DNA of 64,000 nt from Octopus vulgaris (taxonomy: Eukaryota): positions 131,006,001 to 131,070,000 of the forward strand of contig OX597816.1 of assembly GCA_951406725.2 (NCBI GenBank). The letters run 5' to 3'. Position numbers and translations under genes: made by a program. Below, piece by piece: positions 36,657 to 51,223 of this stretch (position 1 is its first letter; every line of letters starts with the position of its first letter). The notes below the pieces were generated by a model, which was not told the DNA's origin, did not search any database, and saw nothing but the letters and a program-made list of their open reading frames with translations.

Positions 36657-38023
36657 AACCAATCGGCTTGAAAAGGTGTTAAGATATTAAGATATTTTCT
36701 TAACATGAAAGTAATGGTACCCTTAATACACAAATAAAGAAATTTTATCCACCAATGCGGTGTTGAGCATGTGTACGTACGCATGTGTATGTGCTTGTGC
36801 GCAGATTGGTTACCATTTTATTGTATATCAATCCCCATAAAAATTATCAGTTTCTGGTCTGTTAATTCATATATTTGAACCGGTGACTTTAAAAATGTAT
36901 TACCACGTCTTTGACGTCATTTCTAAATCGCGGTGATCATTCGGCGAGATAGGATGACAAGATGATCTATGTATATTATCTTATTCTTTTGATCTACTAC
37001 CGAGACACTTGTTTCAAATGAGCCGCTATTGGGAAGGAAGTGTTGGGGGTGGTGAGGAGCCGAAGGAGTGGTAGAAAGAGAAATAAAGAGAAAATAACAA
37101 TTAGAAGGAGAGGAAGAGAGAGAGATAATTTTATAACACATATCTAGAAAGACATGGCCTATTTATTATAAGATTTGGCTTTAAAGCAAAATAGTTTGTT
37201 ACGTAATCCTCACTTCTACAACTAGTATGATTTTATGTAATGGCCATGTCTTTATGCTTGTTTATTTGTGTCCCAACTTATACATCTTGCTCTGTATTTC
37301 TCTTTCTGTCTACTCTGTCTCTTCTTACACAAAACTTTAGTATTCAACGCCAAATATTACAACCTCACTCCATACACACTTACATAGAGGTGAGGGAGAG
37401 AGCCCAATGCCCACTTACACAGATCAATAAAACGTCATTCATTGATGCAAAACTAATAAGCCACTTTTTCAACTCGGATCTCTTCGCCGTTGTTCATTAA
37501 AGCATGAGATGTTTCGGTGCAGCGAAGCAGCTTAATTACATGAAAATTAACTCTGCTCCATTTCACCACTAGTTATAGCGAAAAATCTATCTCAAGCTAA
37601 TGACGAAGCCTTTAAATGTTCGCTCGTTCTACTAGAAATATACACCAAATCTCACTCAAATAGCACACTCTCTTCTTAAATAAAGAGAACGGATACATTC
37701 AGTAATACACTCATAGTTATACTATATACGAAAATAAGACATGATTGTCACGAATGGAATGTCGTTGATTGAAATTCTGTTAAATCAAGACTGTCCTGGA
37801 GCTAAACAAAAAGCATGTATGTATGTATATATGTATGTATGTATATATGTATGTATGTATGCATGTATGTATGTATGTATGTATGTATGTATGTATGTAT
37901 GTATGTATGTATGTATGTATGCATGCATGCATGCATGTATGTATGTATGAATGTATGTATGTATGTATGTATGTATGTATGTATGTATGTATGTATGTAT
38001 GAATGTATGTATGTATGTGTGTG

Positions 38024-38057
<34 letters not shown>

Positions 38058-39715
38058 TGTATGTATGTATGTATGTATGTATGCATGCATGTATGTATGT
38101 ACGCGCGTGTATGCATGTATGGAATGAAGTTGACGCCATTTTTTCTGGGTTTTTTTTCTGTGTAAACGCTTCCACTTCTTACAACTAAGATTTTCCATAC
38201 TTCAAAAACTTTCTACATTTCCTGGTTTAGTTTCATCCTATAATTTTTCTATTATTTTGTCCTGTCCCATAATATTTTACATATTCATGCCTGGTTTTGG
38301 AAAACAAGAGGGAATTCGCGGTGATATTCAGTGAACAAATTAAACACACTACCCGGCAGTGGCTAAAACGCAAACCGATCAAGTTTATGTACAAATATTC
38401 TTTTTAAATGATTGTTTCATTTTACACAATATTAAAATAACGGCTAAAAATTTTCCGAAGCAGCACCACCACTAATTTTATCTACGAGCCGCCACTGATC
38501 AGTGTACATGTTGTGAATTTTCTTCAATCGGAAATCGAAAAAAGTTTGCCGCTACATTTTGCAGCGGTTTACTTTTCGCACTACAGCACTCGGCTAACAA
38601 TGAGTAAATTTTAATGACATGAATATACCCTTACGATCTTTGGTTCTAAAGTTCTCTGTAAACATATACAATTCAATGTTACTCTATATCAGTTAATATA
38701 GACTAAAGTATTCTCTTAGATACACACAAACTGGTTGTAACTTCCTGTTTTACTGTCTGTTAATACTTCTCTGTTTTTCTTGTTCTCTGCTTGTCTTTTC
38801 ATCATTAAACCTGTTTATATGCAGTAGCCAACTTCAAACTATATTTACATTGCAGTTTCTTATCGTTAACTTTTTTCTCCTTCTAAATAGCAAGCCTTCT
38901 CTCATTTCAGTTAAGATCCCTTCCCAATTAAAGATTCAGCATCGTCTATTTTAGCCTACTACTATGGAATAATACTCTACAGATATTCGACCTAGGCGTC
39001 AATTCTTCCCCTACTCTGTAACTGGGTATGAAATCAAAAGAAGAAATTTAACCCTAGATTATGAATTATGCTGATCCCATTAGTTTCATCACCGCAAACA
39101 TTACCACATTCACAACCCCTAATATCACCATTAAACTCTCACTATCATATCCAGTATGAATCTACATCAAAATTTCTTTCATCTCCGTTGCAGTACCGAC
39201 GTAGCGGGCCAACATCTTCACCTGCTCCTTGATATTGTAACTGTGTTTACATTGATGATATTCTCGATAAATATTTTGCTATTCTGCTGACTTTATATAC
39301 TGGTACCAGTTTTCTCTTAACCAGCTTATCCTTTGCACTACAACTTTTCATCATCCCAGTAGATTACAGTAAATGTTTGTTTAGCTGAGATAAGATGCAT
39401 ATTTAACACCGACGATTCTTTTACGATTTTTTTTACACAATTATAAATAAAATTATTTCTTCTATTCGATTAAATGCATATAATTGTAATGGTTTTAATT
39501 ACAATGAACCCCAGAAATATACTCTTCAGAACTGTATGAATTACCAGCAACAGCCCAATGTACTAGTGAATATAAACATTGGCAACCGGTCGTTTTAAGA
39601 TTTTCTGCTCGTGGAAAAGGAAGAAGTGAATAGTGATTTCTAGCATTGAAACAAGGCAATTTACATTGTGGGGGAGAGATGTGATCGACTATATCGATCC
39701 TGTATTTGACTAAAA

Positions 39716-39895
39716 CCATATAATCCCATGTATAATATTTTTATTTATCAAAATCAAAATTAAAATTAGATTTGGGCTGCGTATGACATATGTTATTAGA
39801 CTGCGTATTGCATATATTATTCTCTAAGGCAATTTACATCCCAAAATCGAGATGTGTGTTACATATGGTAGCCTACTATACATGGAATTTTACGG
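39716..39895. mobile_element. Degenerate pogo-type MITE nested in an old family A SINE
   Basis: Imperfect TIRs ccatataatcccatgtata and tatacatggaattttacgg followed by TA; minus-strand SINE A remnants on both sides. Confidence 0.5.
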
Positions 39896-41803
39896 TATTT
39901 ATGTTACTGAGCCTAGAAGAATGAAAAGCTGTCGATCTTAGTAGAATTCAAAGTCAGGCCGTAGGTTTGAATTTGAACTTCTCGAATATCGGATCTTTTT
40001 CGTTTTCTTCCAACCACTTGAGGATTATTTTAAAATTTTCAATGTACCGTTTTCAAATTTTCCATACTGATGTAGTTTTGTATGCTGATGACGAAAATGG
40101 CATTTATTTTTCCGGAAAAAAAAAGAAAAAGAAAGCAAGAAGTTAAAAACATTTAAATTTACGTAATTTTAACCAATGAACTAAGTCTGATGTCCTCGGA
40201 AGTAGAAGTCGAAACTGCTTGTCGCCATGGCAACTTCACTCTATCGTTGCTTCCCCACTGAACTGTATACAATTTTTTTTTTGAATGAAAACAAAAAGGG
40301 AACGGTAAAAATTGAATGAAAGACGAATTATTGAAACTGAAAACATTATGGAACCTTTAAGTTTAAAAAGAATTTTAAAAGGAATGAATAAAAAAATTTC
40401 AGTTTTTTTTCAAACACTAAAAGAAAATAATGATGAAATAATGAATGTTTTCTGGTATTTGTTTTACATGGAGTGTAATAAAAGAAAATTAGCATCCTCT
40501 TCGTTTTCTTCCAATCACTTGAAGATTTATATCTATATACAATCTTATAATAATTCTGCTTGTTTCTCCGTTACTTAGCCCGTCCGTAATGCTTCCACGT
40601 CATTTAGTTGACGGGGAGGGGGTTCGGGGAGGAGAGATAGGGGAGGGGACAGGGAGGTAGAGGTGGTGATGAGTCCTTGAAATATTCACGTGTTCCGCTA
40701 GTTAGAATGATAATATTATTGTCATAGTCATCGGTTTTGCTTTGGACTCACATAGCAATGCTTCAAACAAATTATATTGCTATTTTACGGGCATGCTTCT
40801 TTTAACTTTTTGTTAAGCTCCGATTCAGGTCTAAACCAAGCAGAGTCACGATCAACGGTGTTCTAGACATCAGTATCTTGTGTGTCTCTAAGACATTGTG
40901 TAGCTATGATTAAAGGCCTTCATACTTTAGGCGAATAAAAATCAGGTTTCAGTTGTTGTGACATGCATAACCTTCTAATGACAGCAGTTTAAGAAAAAGA
41001 AATAGCTTCAGCCGGGCATCATTCGGCAGGGAGATATCTATTTTGGTACATGATGCATTCCTACACATTAAATGCCAGTATTAAAGATTTGCTAGACGTT
41101 GATAAAATAATTACCAGTAATAAACTTCGGTCAATTCAAAGATAAGTCTTCTTCCTCGACCAGGAAAATCACATTAGATATATTTAAGTTCATATTGCCT
41201 ATAGTGCAGAATAGAGAAGAATTAATACTTAGTTACTTTGTTTTACTTTCAAACCACACCGGTGGCAAGTTTGCTTTCAAAAATATCATCAATTTAATCG
41301 TCTACATCTCCCCATCCTGCAAAATAAATAAATAAGACTAAAATAATATAGTCGTGGTGTTGTACTTAATTTAGAAAGCATTTTTATTACAGCCTTAAAT
41401 GGTGATGGATTGGGAGAGTCGTTAAAGCATCGAACAAAATATTTATTCTGGCTCTTTACATTCGGAGTTCAAATCCCGTCGACTTTTCCTTACACTTTCA
41501 AGGGCTGATAAAATAAAGTATAATTACTTGAGAGCTGATATAATCGACTGCTTCGCTCACGCCCACCAAATTTCTGACCTTATCCATTTCTTAAAAATTA
41601 CTATTTAAAACTATAATACCCTATATTTTCATGCTTTTGATAAACTGATGAAAAAAACGGAATCGCCAACATAACGTTTTGCTATGAAATAACACGAAAA
41701 CAAATATCAAATAAAAAAAAGAAACAAAAACAATCTATGGAAGCCAAAGCGGGGAATTTGATATTATATTCTTAATCCTGAAAGTAATGATCTTTATATC
41801 TTA

Positions 41804-43066
41804 CTAGCAGCATAGCCCGGCGTTGCCCGGGTATGTAAGAGCCCCTAGTAGGCAACGACTAATCCCAATCTAGTCCTTTCCCTCTCGGGAACGAAGGCGC
41901 ATGTGTAGGTTGCAATGTCTTCTCTTCACTCGAATACTTCTGTGTATACGATGTTCCTAGCTGTCCCTTTGGGCGATAAAAAGGTCGAGTTGCGTCCCCT
42001 AGACAGTCTGTGGTTTGTGTTTAATACACAAATCGGTTTGCTATGTGTGCCACATATTGATTGATTGATTGATTCTGGTTTCAGCTCATGAGCTGTGGCC
42101 ATGCTGGGGCACCGCCATTTGGTGTTGCTACATGGTTTTACTTCACGAAAGCTTTTTAGCAACTGCCATTTGGTGCATGAGAGAGTTCGATGCAGCTGCC
42201 CTCATCTGCACCTCCTGCCGTGAAGTTGGTTCATCTGGGATACCTGACAGGAAGAGATCCAGTTTCATTTTAAAGACATCTGCATCCACCCCATGCAGGT
42301 CTCTTAGGTTCTTCGGAAGGATATTGAAGAGCTGTGGGCCTCGGAAGACCAGGCTATCACAGTATCTTGTCCTACATCTTGATGGCAAATTTGGAGTCCT
42401 AGGCACCACGCAGTGGCGCCCAGTTCTGGCATTTGTGTAACTCTCGATGCCAAAGTTTGGGACAAGTCCCTCCAGGATCTTCCAGATGTATATTATGGCA
42501 TATCTTTAATTAATATGATTTAATTAATCGATTTTTTCCAGTAATAAAGTATCCTATTGGAATAAAAAGGGCCATATAGCTCCTTGGAGCAGACATGATG
42601 CTCGCTGTGAATTTAAAAAAAAATTCCTGCCAATTTGTGAAAGATATTGTCGAAAATATGTCATCTTGAATTTGAATGCGATTTCCCAAAATGGTATGAT
42701 TTTATCGATTTTTTCTGATGGTAAGGTATTGCATGGAAAACTAACATCAGAATTAAGTTCCTTAGGGTAACATTAAGCTTCACCATGAGTTTGGTGAAAA
42801 TCGATTGCAAGTTGCGAAAACTACAACAGAAAATGTGTTGCATATAAAAATCTTAGATTCTCGACCCCGTGTCAAATTTATCGATTGTTTTCAGAACTGG
42901 GGGAACTTTTCAAAATTTCCGCTGCGTTAGTTTAGAATTATGACATTGGGCTATGTGTATGTCAAGTTTCATCAGAATCGGTTGAAAGCCGTGGTCAGGG
43001 TGAGGGTACAACCTGACAGACACACAGACACACAGACAGACAAACTGCCGTTTATATAGGGAGAGA
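41804..43066 (-). mobile_element. Non-autonomous Helitron containing a CR1 fragment
   Basis: The minus strand starts A|TCTCTCCCTATATAAACGGCAGTTTGTCTG and ends with hairpin CCCGGGCAACGCCGGG, then CTAG|T; both ends are shared with 53167-53549. Confidence 0.85.
42057..42505 (-). mobile_element. CR1-group LINE 3' end with (AATC)n tail
   Basis: RYAIIYIWKILEGLVPNFGI, RGPQLFNILPKNLRDL, FKMKLDLFLSGIPDEP, RAAASNSL; tail seen as (tgat)n at 42058-42074 on the plus strand. Confidence 0.85.
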
Positions 43067-44757
43067 TTTCTTGCAATATTTTTTTTCTATATCAATGAAG
43101 TAAAGAGTAAAGCGTTTGGTGTGTACACCAATGCTAATCCTTATTGTTGTTTAGCCCCGAAGCAAGCTCCTGGTCAAGAATAATTACGATCAAAGGTGTT
43201 CCATCCGTGATCATTACATCTTTTATTCAGGCACAGTGCATCTAAGACTACACTATTTAATGTTTCCTTTGGTCCGTATCCTGTTTACTGTTATATAATA
43301 AGAGAAAAACAATTACTGCATCAAGGTCACTGGATTATATTTTTTACAGTAGATATTACGACATGCAAACTTGCAAACTTGCAACTATGGTTTTACTAAT
43401 GCAGCAGAAATGTGTACTAAGTCATCTGAAATAAAATTGATGCTTTCCTGTTATTATATAACAACAATCATCGTTTTAACGGTGTTTCTTCTTAATTATT
43501 TTATGCACCGAAACAAAAATTGATGTACGAGGAGAAAAAAACGAAATCGCAGACATAACGTTTTTCTATGAAATAACACGAAAACAAATATAAAATAAAA
43601 AGAAACTAATCTCAACGAGAGACTATTACTATGTTGTTTGTTAAAACATGTTATATCATCGCTTCAGTGCTGTTCAAACAGCAGCTAAATCTCGCTTAAA
43701 TTACACCCCACAGTCTAAAATAAAGAAAAAACATATTAGTTAACATTCTAAATTTCTAATGGGGGTTCCTCTTAATTAGTCGCTGTACCGCAAAAAATAC
43801 TGAGGCGAGAGGACATATACATTGATAAAAAGATCAGACGATTACGGTTGGTGTACCTTTAATCTTAAGTCTGTTCGCTTAAGGTTGAACTGGAGTTAAA
43901 CAATGTCGATGACATCAGCATCACCAACAATATTAATTGCAGTAACATCATATCAAACCCAGCTATCTTAAATAAAGGAACAGTACGTTAGGTAACGTAG
44001 TCTTAGTGGAATCCTAGGAGCGTCGGACAAAATGCCTTGTGTTATTTGTTCCATCCCTTAAGGACCTGAGTTCGTCTGCAGTGACACAGGTACCGCGCGG
44101 TATCAGCATTTTCCTTTTCCTTGGACGTCCTTAAGGCTGTAAAGAGGGAAGACTTACGGCATGGGTAACAGGTGGCCTTCTGTAAAACATCGCTTGCCCA
44201 GGTTGGCGCCCTAGAGGGGAACTTTTCAGGTGCAGATACAAGGTCAACCCTTATCAAGGAATGGCTTTAAAAACTTTATGATTGCCTGTATATACATATG
44301 TATGTGTACATATATATAAATATGTGTGTGTATACAACTATATAATGCGTGTGTGAGTGTGTGTGTGTGTGTGTGTGTAAGTAAGTAAGTATGTATGTAA
44401 GTAAGTATGTATGTAAGTAAGTATGTATGTATGTATTCATGCATGTATGCATTTATATAACCAAAAAGTCAGGAAGTATGAAAGCAGAGTATATATGTAT
44501 TTGACCTCGTGACTTCAATGAGATTACGGCCGTATCACAACCTTTTTTTTTATGTAGTATTAATCAGTAATAAGTATGTTCAGTATTACACTATAAAATC
44601 AGATCACAGAAACTTAATGTTTACACCAATAATTCCTTTCTATATATACACACAAAATTTCGGCTTTATCCATATAATGTATGGACGGCCAAAACTGGAC
44701 AAAAATTGATTTGGTCAGTAAAAATAACGATACATTGCTTCTCATCAATTGAGTTAA

Positions 44758-44960
44758 CCCTTTAGTATTCAGATTGCTCTGTCAAATGCAATGCTTATTT
44801 ATTGACATCATTTTAAATTAATCATATCTTGTGATTCCGATGGCATGGCTGTATATAATTAGAATGACATTGTAGGGTAGTTGTGAGAGCATCTCGCCAG
44901 TTTGAATATAAAACAGGTAGAACATTTGGGCCTGATACAGCCTGTTTAAATACTAAAAGG
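44758..44960. mobile_element. piggyBac-type MITE
   Basis: TTAA|CCCTTTAGTATT ... AATACTAAAAGG|TTAA. Confidence 0.85.
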
Positions 44961-45419
44961 TTAAAGTGCTTGACAGGAATTTAAGGAAATGACTATCTTT
45001 AATGTAAATGAAAAATAAGAAATAGGAAGTGGACGTAAGAATAAAAGAAGAAAAATAGCTTAGAAATATATATTACAAAAATTTAAATAGAATAAATGAA
45101 TTTTTAGCCAAAGTAATTATATAGATGGAGAAATGGGGGAACGAAGCAGCTGGAGATTTAAAGATTCCACAGAAATCACTCATGAATGACAGGTCAAGTA
45201 AAACCAAGGGATAATATTCAACAATAACAAAACTCAATATGGGGATAACAAGGTCACAAAATCTCGGAGAAATCATTTAAATTTTCAAGAAATTTACTCA
45301 CACATATAATTAAATCGTCAAAGCTGAACAGATACTAGTCACAATATTAGAGAGATTGTATAAGATTATTGTTTGTGTAGCAGGCGATGAAATTCCTACA
45401 TTCTCTTGATTTCCTGTAA

Positions 45420-45535
45420 TATTCAGATCGCTTAATGGTCCCGGCAGATAAAATGGAAAAGGCGTTACCCCGGATGATGGTGAGAGAAATGCGCTGGAAC
45501 AGCCATTTTGAATCACAGGGCTCGCACTTGACATT
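45420..45535 (-). pseudogene. C-terminal fragment of a CRE-like RLE retrotransposon ORF
   Basis: DSKWLFQRISLTIIRGNAFSILS resembles the (F/W)LxQRxSxxxQRGNA terminal motif recalled for CRE-clade elements. Confidence 0.55.
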
Positions 45536-45664
45536 TACACCCCGGTAGTAGTGAACAAGGATATGGTCTGGGAGGCGAGAAGGCCAGAGGTCTCCACAGT
45601 CATAAGCTCGACCATAAACCTGCCAAGCGACTATCCAATCACACCTCAAATATACTCACTAGAC

Positions 45665-45834
45665 TTAGCAATATTTCTCCCGTCGCTACGTTCTGAGTTC
45701 AAATTTCGCCGAGGTCGACTTTGCCTTTCATCCTTTCGGGGCCGATAAATTAAGTACCAGTTACATACTAAGGTTGATCTAATCGACTGACCCCTCCCCA
45801 AAATTTCAGGCCTTGTGCCTTTAGTAGAAAGGGC

Positions 45835-45888
<54 letters not shown>

Positions 45889-46125
45889 CATTATTATTAT
45901 TATGAAGGCGTTCAGCTGGTAGAGAGGAGAGCACGTTGGACAAAATGCTTAGTGACAATTCTCCGGCTCTTCGCGTTCTGAGTTCAAAGCCACCGAATCC
46001 AAATTTGCCTTTCATCCCTTCGGGTCAATCAAATAAAGTCCCAGCGGAATATTGGTATCTATGTAATCGACTTACCCTCTCCCCTATGATTGCTGCCCTT
46101 ATACCAAAATTTGAAACCATGATTA
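45665..46125 (+). mobile_element. Two family A SINE copies separated by (TTA)n
   Basis: Cores at about 45690 and 45977; alternative 3' end ccctccccaaaatttcaggccttgtgcctttagtagaaag. Confidence 0.8.
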
Positions 46126-46189
46126 TTATTATTTGATGAAAACTCTCAGCTTACTTTGCTGGTGTGATGGAAAGTGTTAGCTGTCCACA

Positions 46190-47275
46190 GCCAGCAGACT
46201 AAGGTGACACCTGTTTACTGGTCCTGCTTCAAGAACCCTGTCAAGAATTCTTGCAATTCAAGCAATGCTGATTATTGTAGGTGTTCATTTGTACTAGTTT
46301 TTTTTTTTTTTTGAGCCATGTTGATAGTTGAGTGCTGATACTTCCAAGTGTGACAATTACTATTGGTATCACGTCTACTCTCCTCATTCGTCGTAGTTGT
46401 CCAGTTTTTCTTCTTTTCCTTTGACCCTGTTGTCAACGGGACCTGCTATGTCGATTATCATGCGAGTTCTTTCTGTTTTTATTCACATCAACGATGTCCG
46501 GTTTCCGATGTCTGGTCAAGTGATCGCACTGAATCATTGCATCCCACAAAATTTTGCAATCTTTATTTCCGGTGACTCCTTCTGGGGTTTGCTCATACCA
46601 CGTCTCTGTTCTTTGTAGGCCGTGATTTCCGCACAGCTCTCAATAGATCATTCTTGCCACGTAGTCATGTCGTCTTTTGTACTTGCGCTGTGTTAATTCC
46701 GGGCTTTCACAAACGATATGCCACACCGTTTCACCCCTCTCACCACACATTCTGCTTTTGTCGCTGTCGGTAGTGTTGTCGATTCTGCACTTTACATAGT
46801 CCTTAACGCTTGTTTTTGTGCTGCGCATATATGTGCTTCTGTCTCTATCTTCAGGTCACTCCTCCTCATCCATAACCACAGCTCTTCTATATTTATCTTG
46901 GCGTTAGTATCTCTTGAAAACTGATTGAAAATTTTTCTCTTCCATGCAGTTTCTTAGTTTTTGCTTTGTTTTTTGTTTTTACTTCTTTCAGTTTTTCTTT
47001 ACACAATTATCAATTTTGATGACGCTGGACTTCTTCACATGTTTCAACAAGGGTTCCACGGTATTTTTACATACCACCCTAAGCTGTTTTCCTCTGCTTC
47101 CATACAATCCAGACAACTGATCAAACCCCTCCCACCCTTTCTTCTGGACAAGTACAGCCTATCGATGTTACTTCTTAGGGTGGAAGGCTCCGTGCCCTGT
47201 CAATATTTTTCTTGTCTTCGTATCCATGTTCATTGGTTCTTTCTTTTACCAGTTTAAGATTCCAGCTCCATACCG
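46190..47275 (-). mobile_element. Old Dong/R4-clade retrotransposon fragment
   Basis: IDRLYLSRRKGGRGL, TEAHICAAQKQALRT, RMCGERGETVWHIVCESPELTQRKYKRRHDYVARMI, RHRKPDI; many stops; abuts (ATC)n/(ATT)n. Confidence 0.8.
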
Positions 47276-47296
47276 AATATTATTAATACAATTATT

Positions 47297-47343
<47 letters not shown>

Positions 47344-47355
47344 TATTATTATTAC

Positions 47356-47386
<31 letters not shown>

Positions 47387-48054
47387 TTTATTTTTATTTT
47401 TATTTTTATTATTATTATTGTTGTTGTTGTTGTTGTTATCATCATTATTATTATTACTATGGTGATAGTGATGGTGATTACAGCCATGATCATGATCATG
47501 ATTTTCGTCACCTTTAACATGTTCATATCATTGATAGTGGTGATGACGATGATGGTGATGGTGATGATGATGACGACGACGACGACGACGACCTATGCAC
47601 GCAAAGGCATGTGTGATCTCAGTACTTTAAATATTTTCCAATTAATTTCCGTTGCACAAACATTCCTCAATTATACTTAATTCCACACACACACACACGC
47701 GCGCGCAAACACTCACGCACATTAACTGACTCTTACTCACAGCATGTGTACAAATATAATATGCAACTATGAAAAGTATACCTACAAGTCATACATCATC
47801 ATCATCATCCTCATCGCTATCATCTTTATCATCTTTATCATCATCATCATTAGAAATAACATTGTCTTCACATATGCACATCATACGAGGTACATACAAG
47901 TGCATGCTCCGACTGAAACTCAACTGCAGAATTTGGAATCACAGTCACATACGCTCACAAACACACACGCGCGTATACATGCTACAGTACACTGGCTACT
48001 GGACCATACATAAATACATACATATATACATACTACATTTTGAGACTGCTCAGT

Positions 48055-48150
48055 AGCACTGCGTGGCACCTTGAGCAAGTGCCTTCTACTATAGTCTCGG
48101 GCCAACCAAAATATGGCGAGTGAATTTGGTAGATGGAAGCCTGTCATATA
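48055..48150 (+). mobile_element. SINE family B internal fragment
   Basis: cactgcgtggcaccttgagcaagtgccttctactatagtctcgggccaacc. Confidence 0.65.
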
Positions 48151-48166
48151 TATATATATATATATA

Positions 48167-48658
48167 CGAGGTAGTATCAAAAAGTTCCCGAACTAGCTCT
48201 GTAGCGCACCAACAGATGGCAGCACATGGTTGCGTGTGCACTGAGAACTAGCAGTGTCCTTCATAAGGTAGTGTGCAGAGTGAGATCGCTATGCTTACTT
48301 CGCAAATTGTGAAATCTGTGTTTTTGTGATCACGTTTATACTGCGATTTTTTCATGGACAGGAGGTTGGAAGAAAGAGCGAACGTGAAATTTTGCGTTAA
48401 ACTTGGGAAGTTTGCTACAGAGACATTGAGCATGCTTCGACAAGCCTACAGCAACGAGGCAATGGGTTGTATGCAATGTTTCAAATGGCACGGGCGCACG
48501 ACAGAGCTGCAACTCAGTCAAGAGCATGCTCATCGTTTTGTTTTTCGACATCCACGATATCGTGCATCGAGAAAACGTCCCACAAAGTTAGACCATCAAT
48601 CGAAAGTTCTACTGCGACGTTTTGAAGCGTTTGAGGGGGGACATTCGGTGAAAGCGAC

Positions 48659-48661
<3 letters not shown>
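48167..48661 (+). mobile_element. Mariner 5' portion, internally deleted, inserted in (TA)n
   Basis: Left TIR TA|cgaggtagtatcaaaaagttcccgaact; MDRRLEERANVKFCVKLGKFATETLSMLRQAY; downstream KSMLIVL, FFDIHDIVH, FYCDVLKRLR. Confidence 0.85.
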
Positions 48662-48708
<47 letters not shown>

Positions 48709-49619
48709 GGTATGTAACGTTGGGTTGATCATGTATGAAACTGAAGAGATCTTAACCATATTGATTCTTTCAAATAAGTTGATAAAATAACTACTAGTGT
48801 GCTGGTTAACTATATCTATGGAAGCTTGAAAATTACAACGCTGATTATGGCATCAAATGGAAAATTTTAGAATGAATTAGTCCGTACACGAAACGGGTCA
48901 AGAATTGTCAGCTATGTGCAACGGGAAAATTGCAGATAATAATGAACTTGAAAAATTCTACGAATTACTTAAACATCAGAACATATTTTTCACAAGTCAC
49001 CCTCACTTTAATAAGTACTTTCTAAGCCAATAGAAAATACTATCCACACTAGATTAGTAAAATAAACTTGCCAACATCTAACAGTCACCGTACTCACTAT
49101 GGATTCCCAAACTCCTTACCTCTTGATTTGTTTCTTATAATTTTCCACATTGATACTCAGATTTTACATGATGTTTCCACATTTTTAAAATAAACATTTT
49201 TTAGAACATCCCACTGATTAAATAGACCCTCAAGTTTTTCCCATGTCTGTCACACAGGCATCGTCATACACTTCTGCATATCTAATTCACCCAAAGATAT
49301 CTACATGAACAGCTTAACTACTGTATTTATAGGATAGGACAAGGCTGCTTCTCTTTGCGGATGAGTGACAGTACCCATGAATACAAGTCTCCCTCGTACC
49401 ACTAATATTTATTCAAAAGAAAAACCACCATTTTAAAGCCGATATAGCTTTGAACCAATCACGCAGGCATGGCTGCCAGCAAGAAAATAAGAATCAAAGG
49501 AAAGTGAACAGAATATTAAAAAACAATAAGCCTGAGGTACTGTGAGATTGAAGCTGATAACTAAAATTGCTATTTAAAATAGGAATAATATGAACTAGGA
49601 CTGACACTCACATCCCGGC

Positions 49620-49683
<64 letters not shown>

Positions 49684-50158
49684 AATTATGATATATCAAT
49701 ATGCAGTTAGACTGGACGTCTATATGTTAATGTTTCTTATGTGAGATTAATACAAAGACGTGCTGTCAGATATAATCGAACGGTACGTACATACAGATGT
49801 ATATATACATGAATACATATGCAGTATGTGTATATTATGCGTGTGTGTGTGTGTATATGTGTGTGCGTATATGTATGTATATGGGAAACTAGCAATAGCG
49901 ACAAAGCGACGATTCAACTCCTAGTCAATGAATAAATTCTCTCTTTCTCAGTCTTTCACTTCTAGCCACAGCCTCTCCCCGTCTCTTTCTCTCTCTCTCT
50001 CACTCTCTCTATCTCTCTCTCCCTCTCTCTCTATCTATCTATCTCTATCTATTTCTCTCTCTCTCTCTCCCTCTCTCTCCCTGCGTACGCTTCTGTGTGC
50101 GGTTGCATCTGTGTGTATGTGTGAGTGTGTGAGTGTGTGTGTGTGTGTGTGTGTATGT

Positions 50159-50221
<63 letters not shown>

Positions 50222-50611
50222 TGTATTCACATACACATAATTATAGATGTACAGAAATATATTGGGCTATTTCTATATGAATAAATGTATATAGAGTGAA
50301 CGAGTGTGTCAACCCAATCTCGGTAAAGCTATGCAAGGATCTTACTGTATATAACAATGCTTTTAAAATTTCCACTGTGACACGTTTGCACTAAGTTTGA
50401 CATCAGCCCGTAGTTAGGAACTGTTATACTAAAACATCTTCATACGCACAAGCATGCGCGCGCACATACACGTACAAGCCCCGAGATTTTTTTTTGTTTG
50501 GTTTTTGTTTTAGTTTACACCTAATGCTCAGTACATATATACATGTGTGTGTGTGGTTTATACATACATACATATATATATACGTATGCATATACGTATA
50601 TATATATATAG

Positions 50612-50709
<98 letters not shown>

Positions 50710-50752
50710 CAAGCATATATAAATACATACATATATATATATATACATACTT

Positions 50753-50848
<96 letters not shown>

Positions 50849-51089
50849 TAGTAGAAACACCCGTCGTCAACTAGTTTGAAAGAAGCTGGCAGAACTGTAC
50901 TATGAATATTGAAAGTTATTCACGCTGATCGTATTGAACATAAATAAGAAATGGGTGTTAAGTTTCATGTAGATAATAGAGCTGTACCCTTCTGGCAAAT
51001 ATATCAGAAATGACTGCCAACTTTCATGCGAACGATAGAGCTGTTTTCTTCTGGCCAATACTATCATATCTATTATATCATCACACACT

Positions 51090-51131
<42 letters not shown>

Positions 51132-51223
51132 ATAAAAAGTAACAACAAAAGAATGAGACCTCGATATTAGATAAATAGAAGACTGTTTATATATGTTGTA
51201 ATTTAGAACAAACTGTAGAAGGA

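Noticed and set aside
40612-40657. G-quadruplex-forming run
   Set aside because: The G-tracts are real but isolated, with no functional context to support a feature call.
50848-50878. actagt-flanked segment with UUGACGA on the minus strand
   Set aside because: No GAAA on the same strand, so it cannot form a hammerhead.
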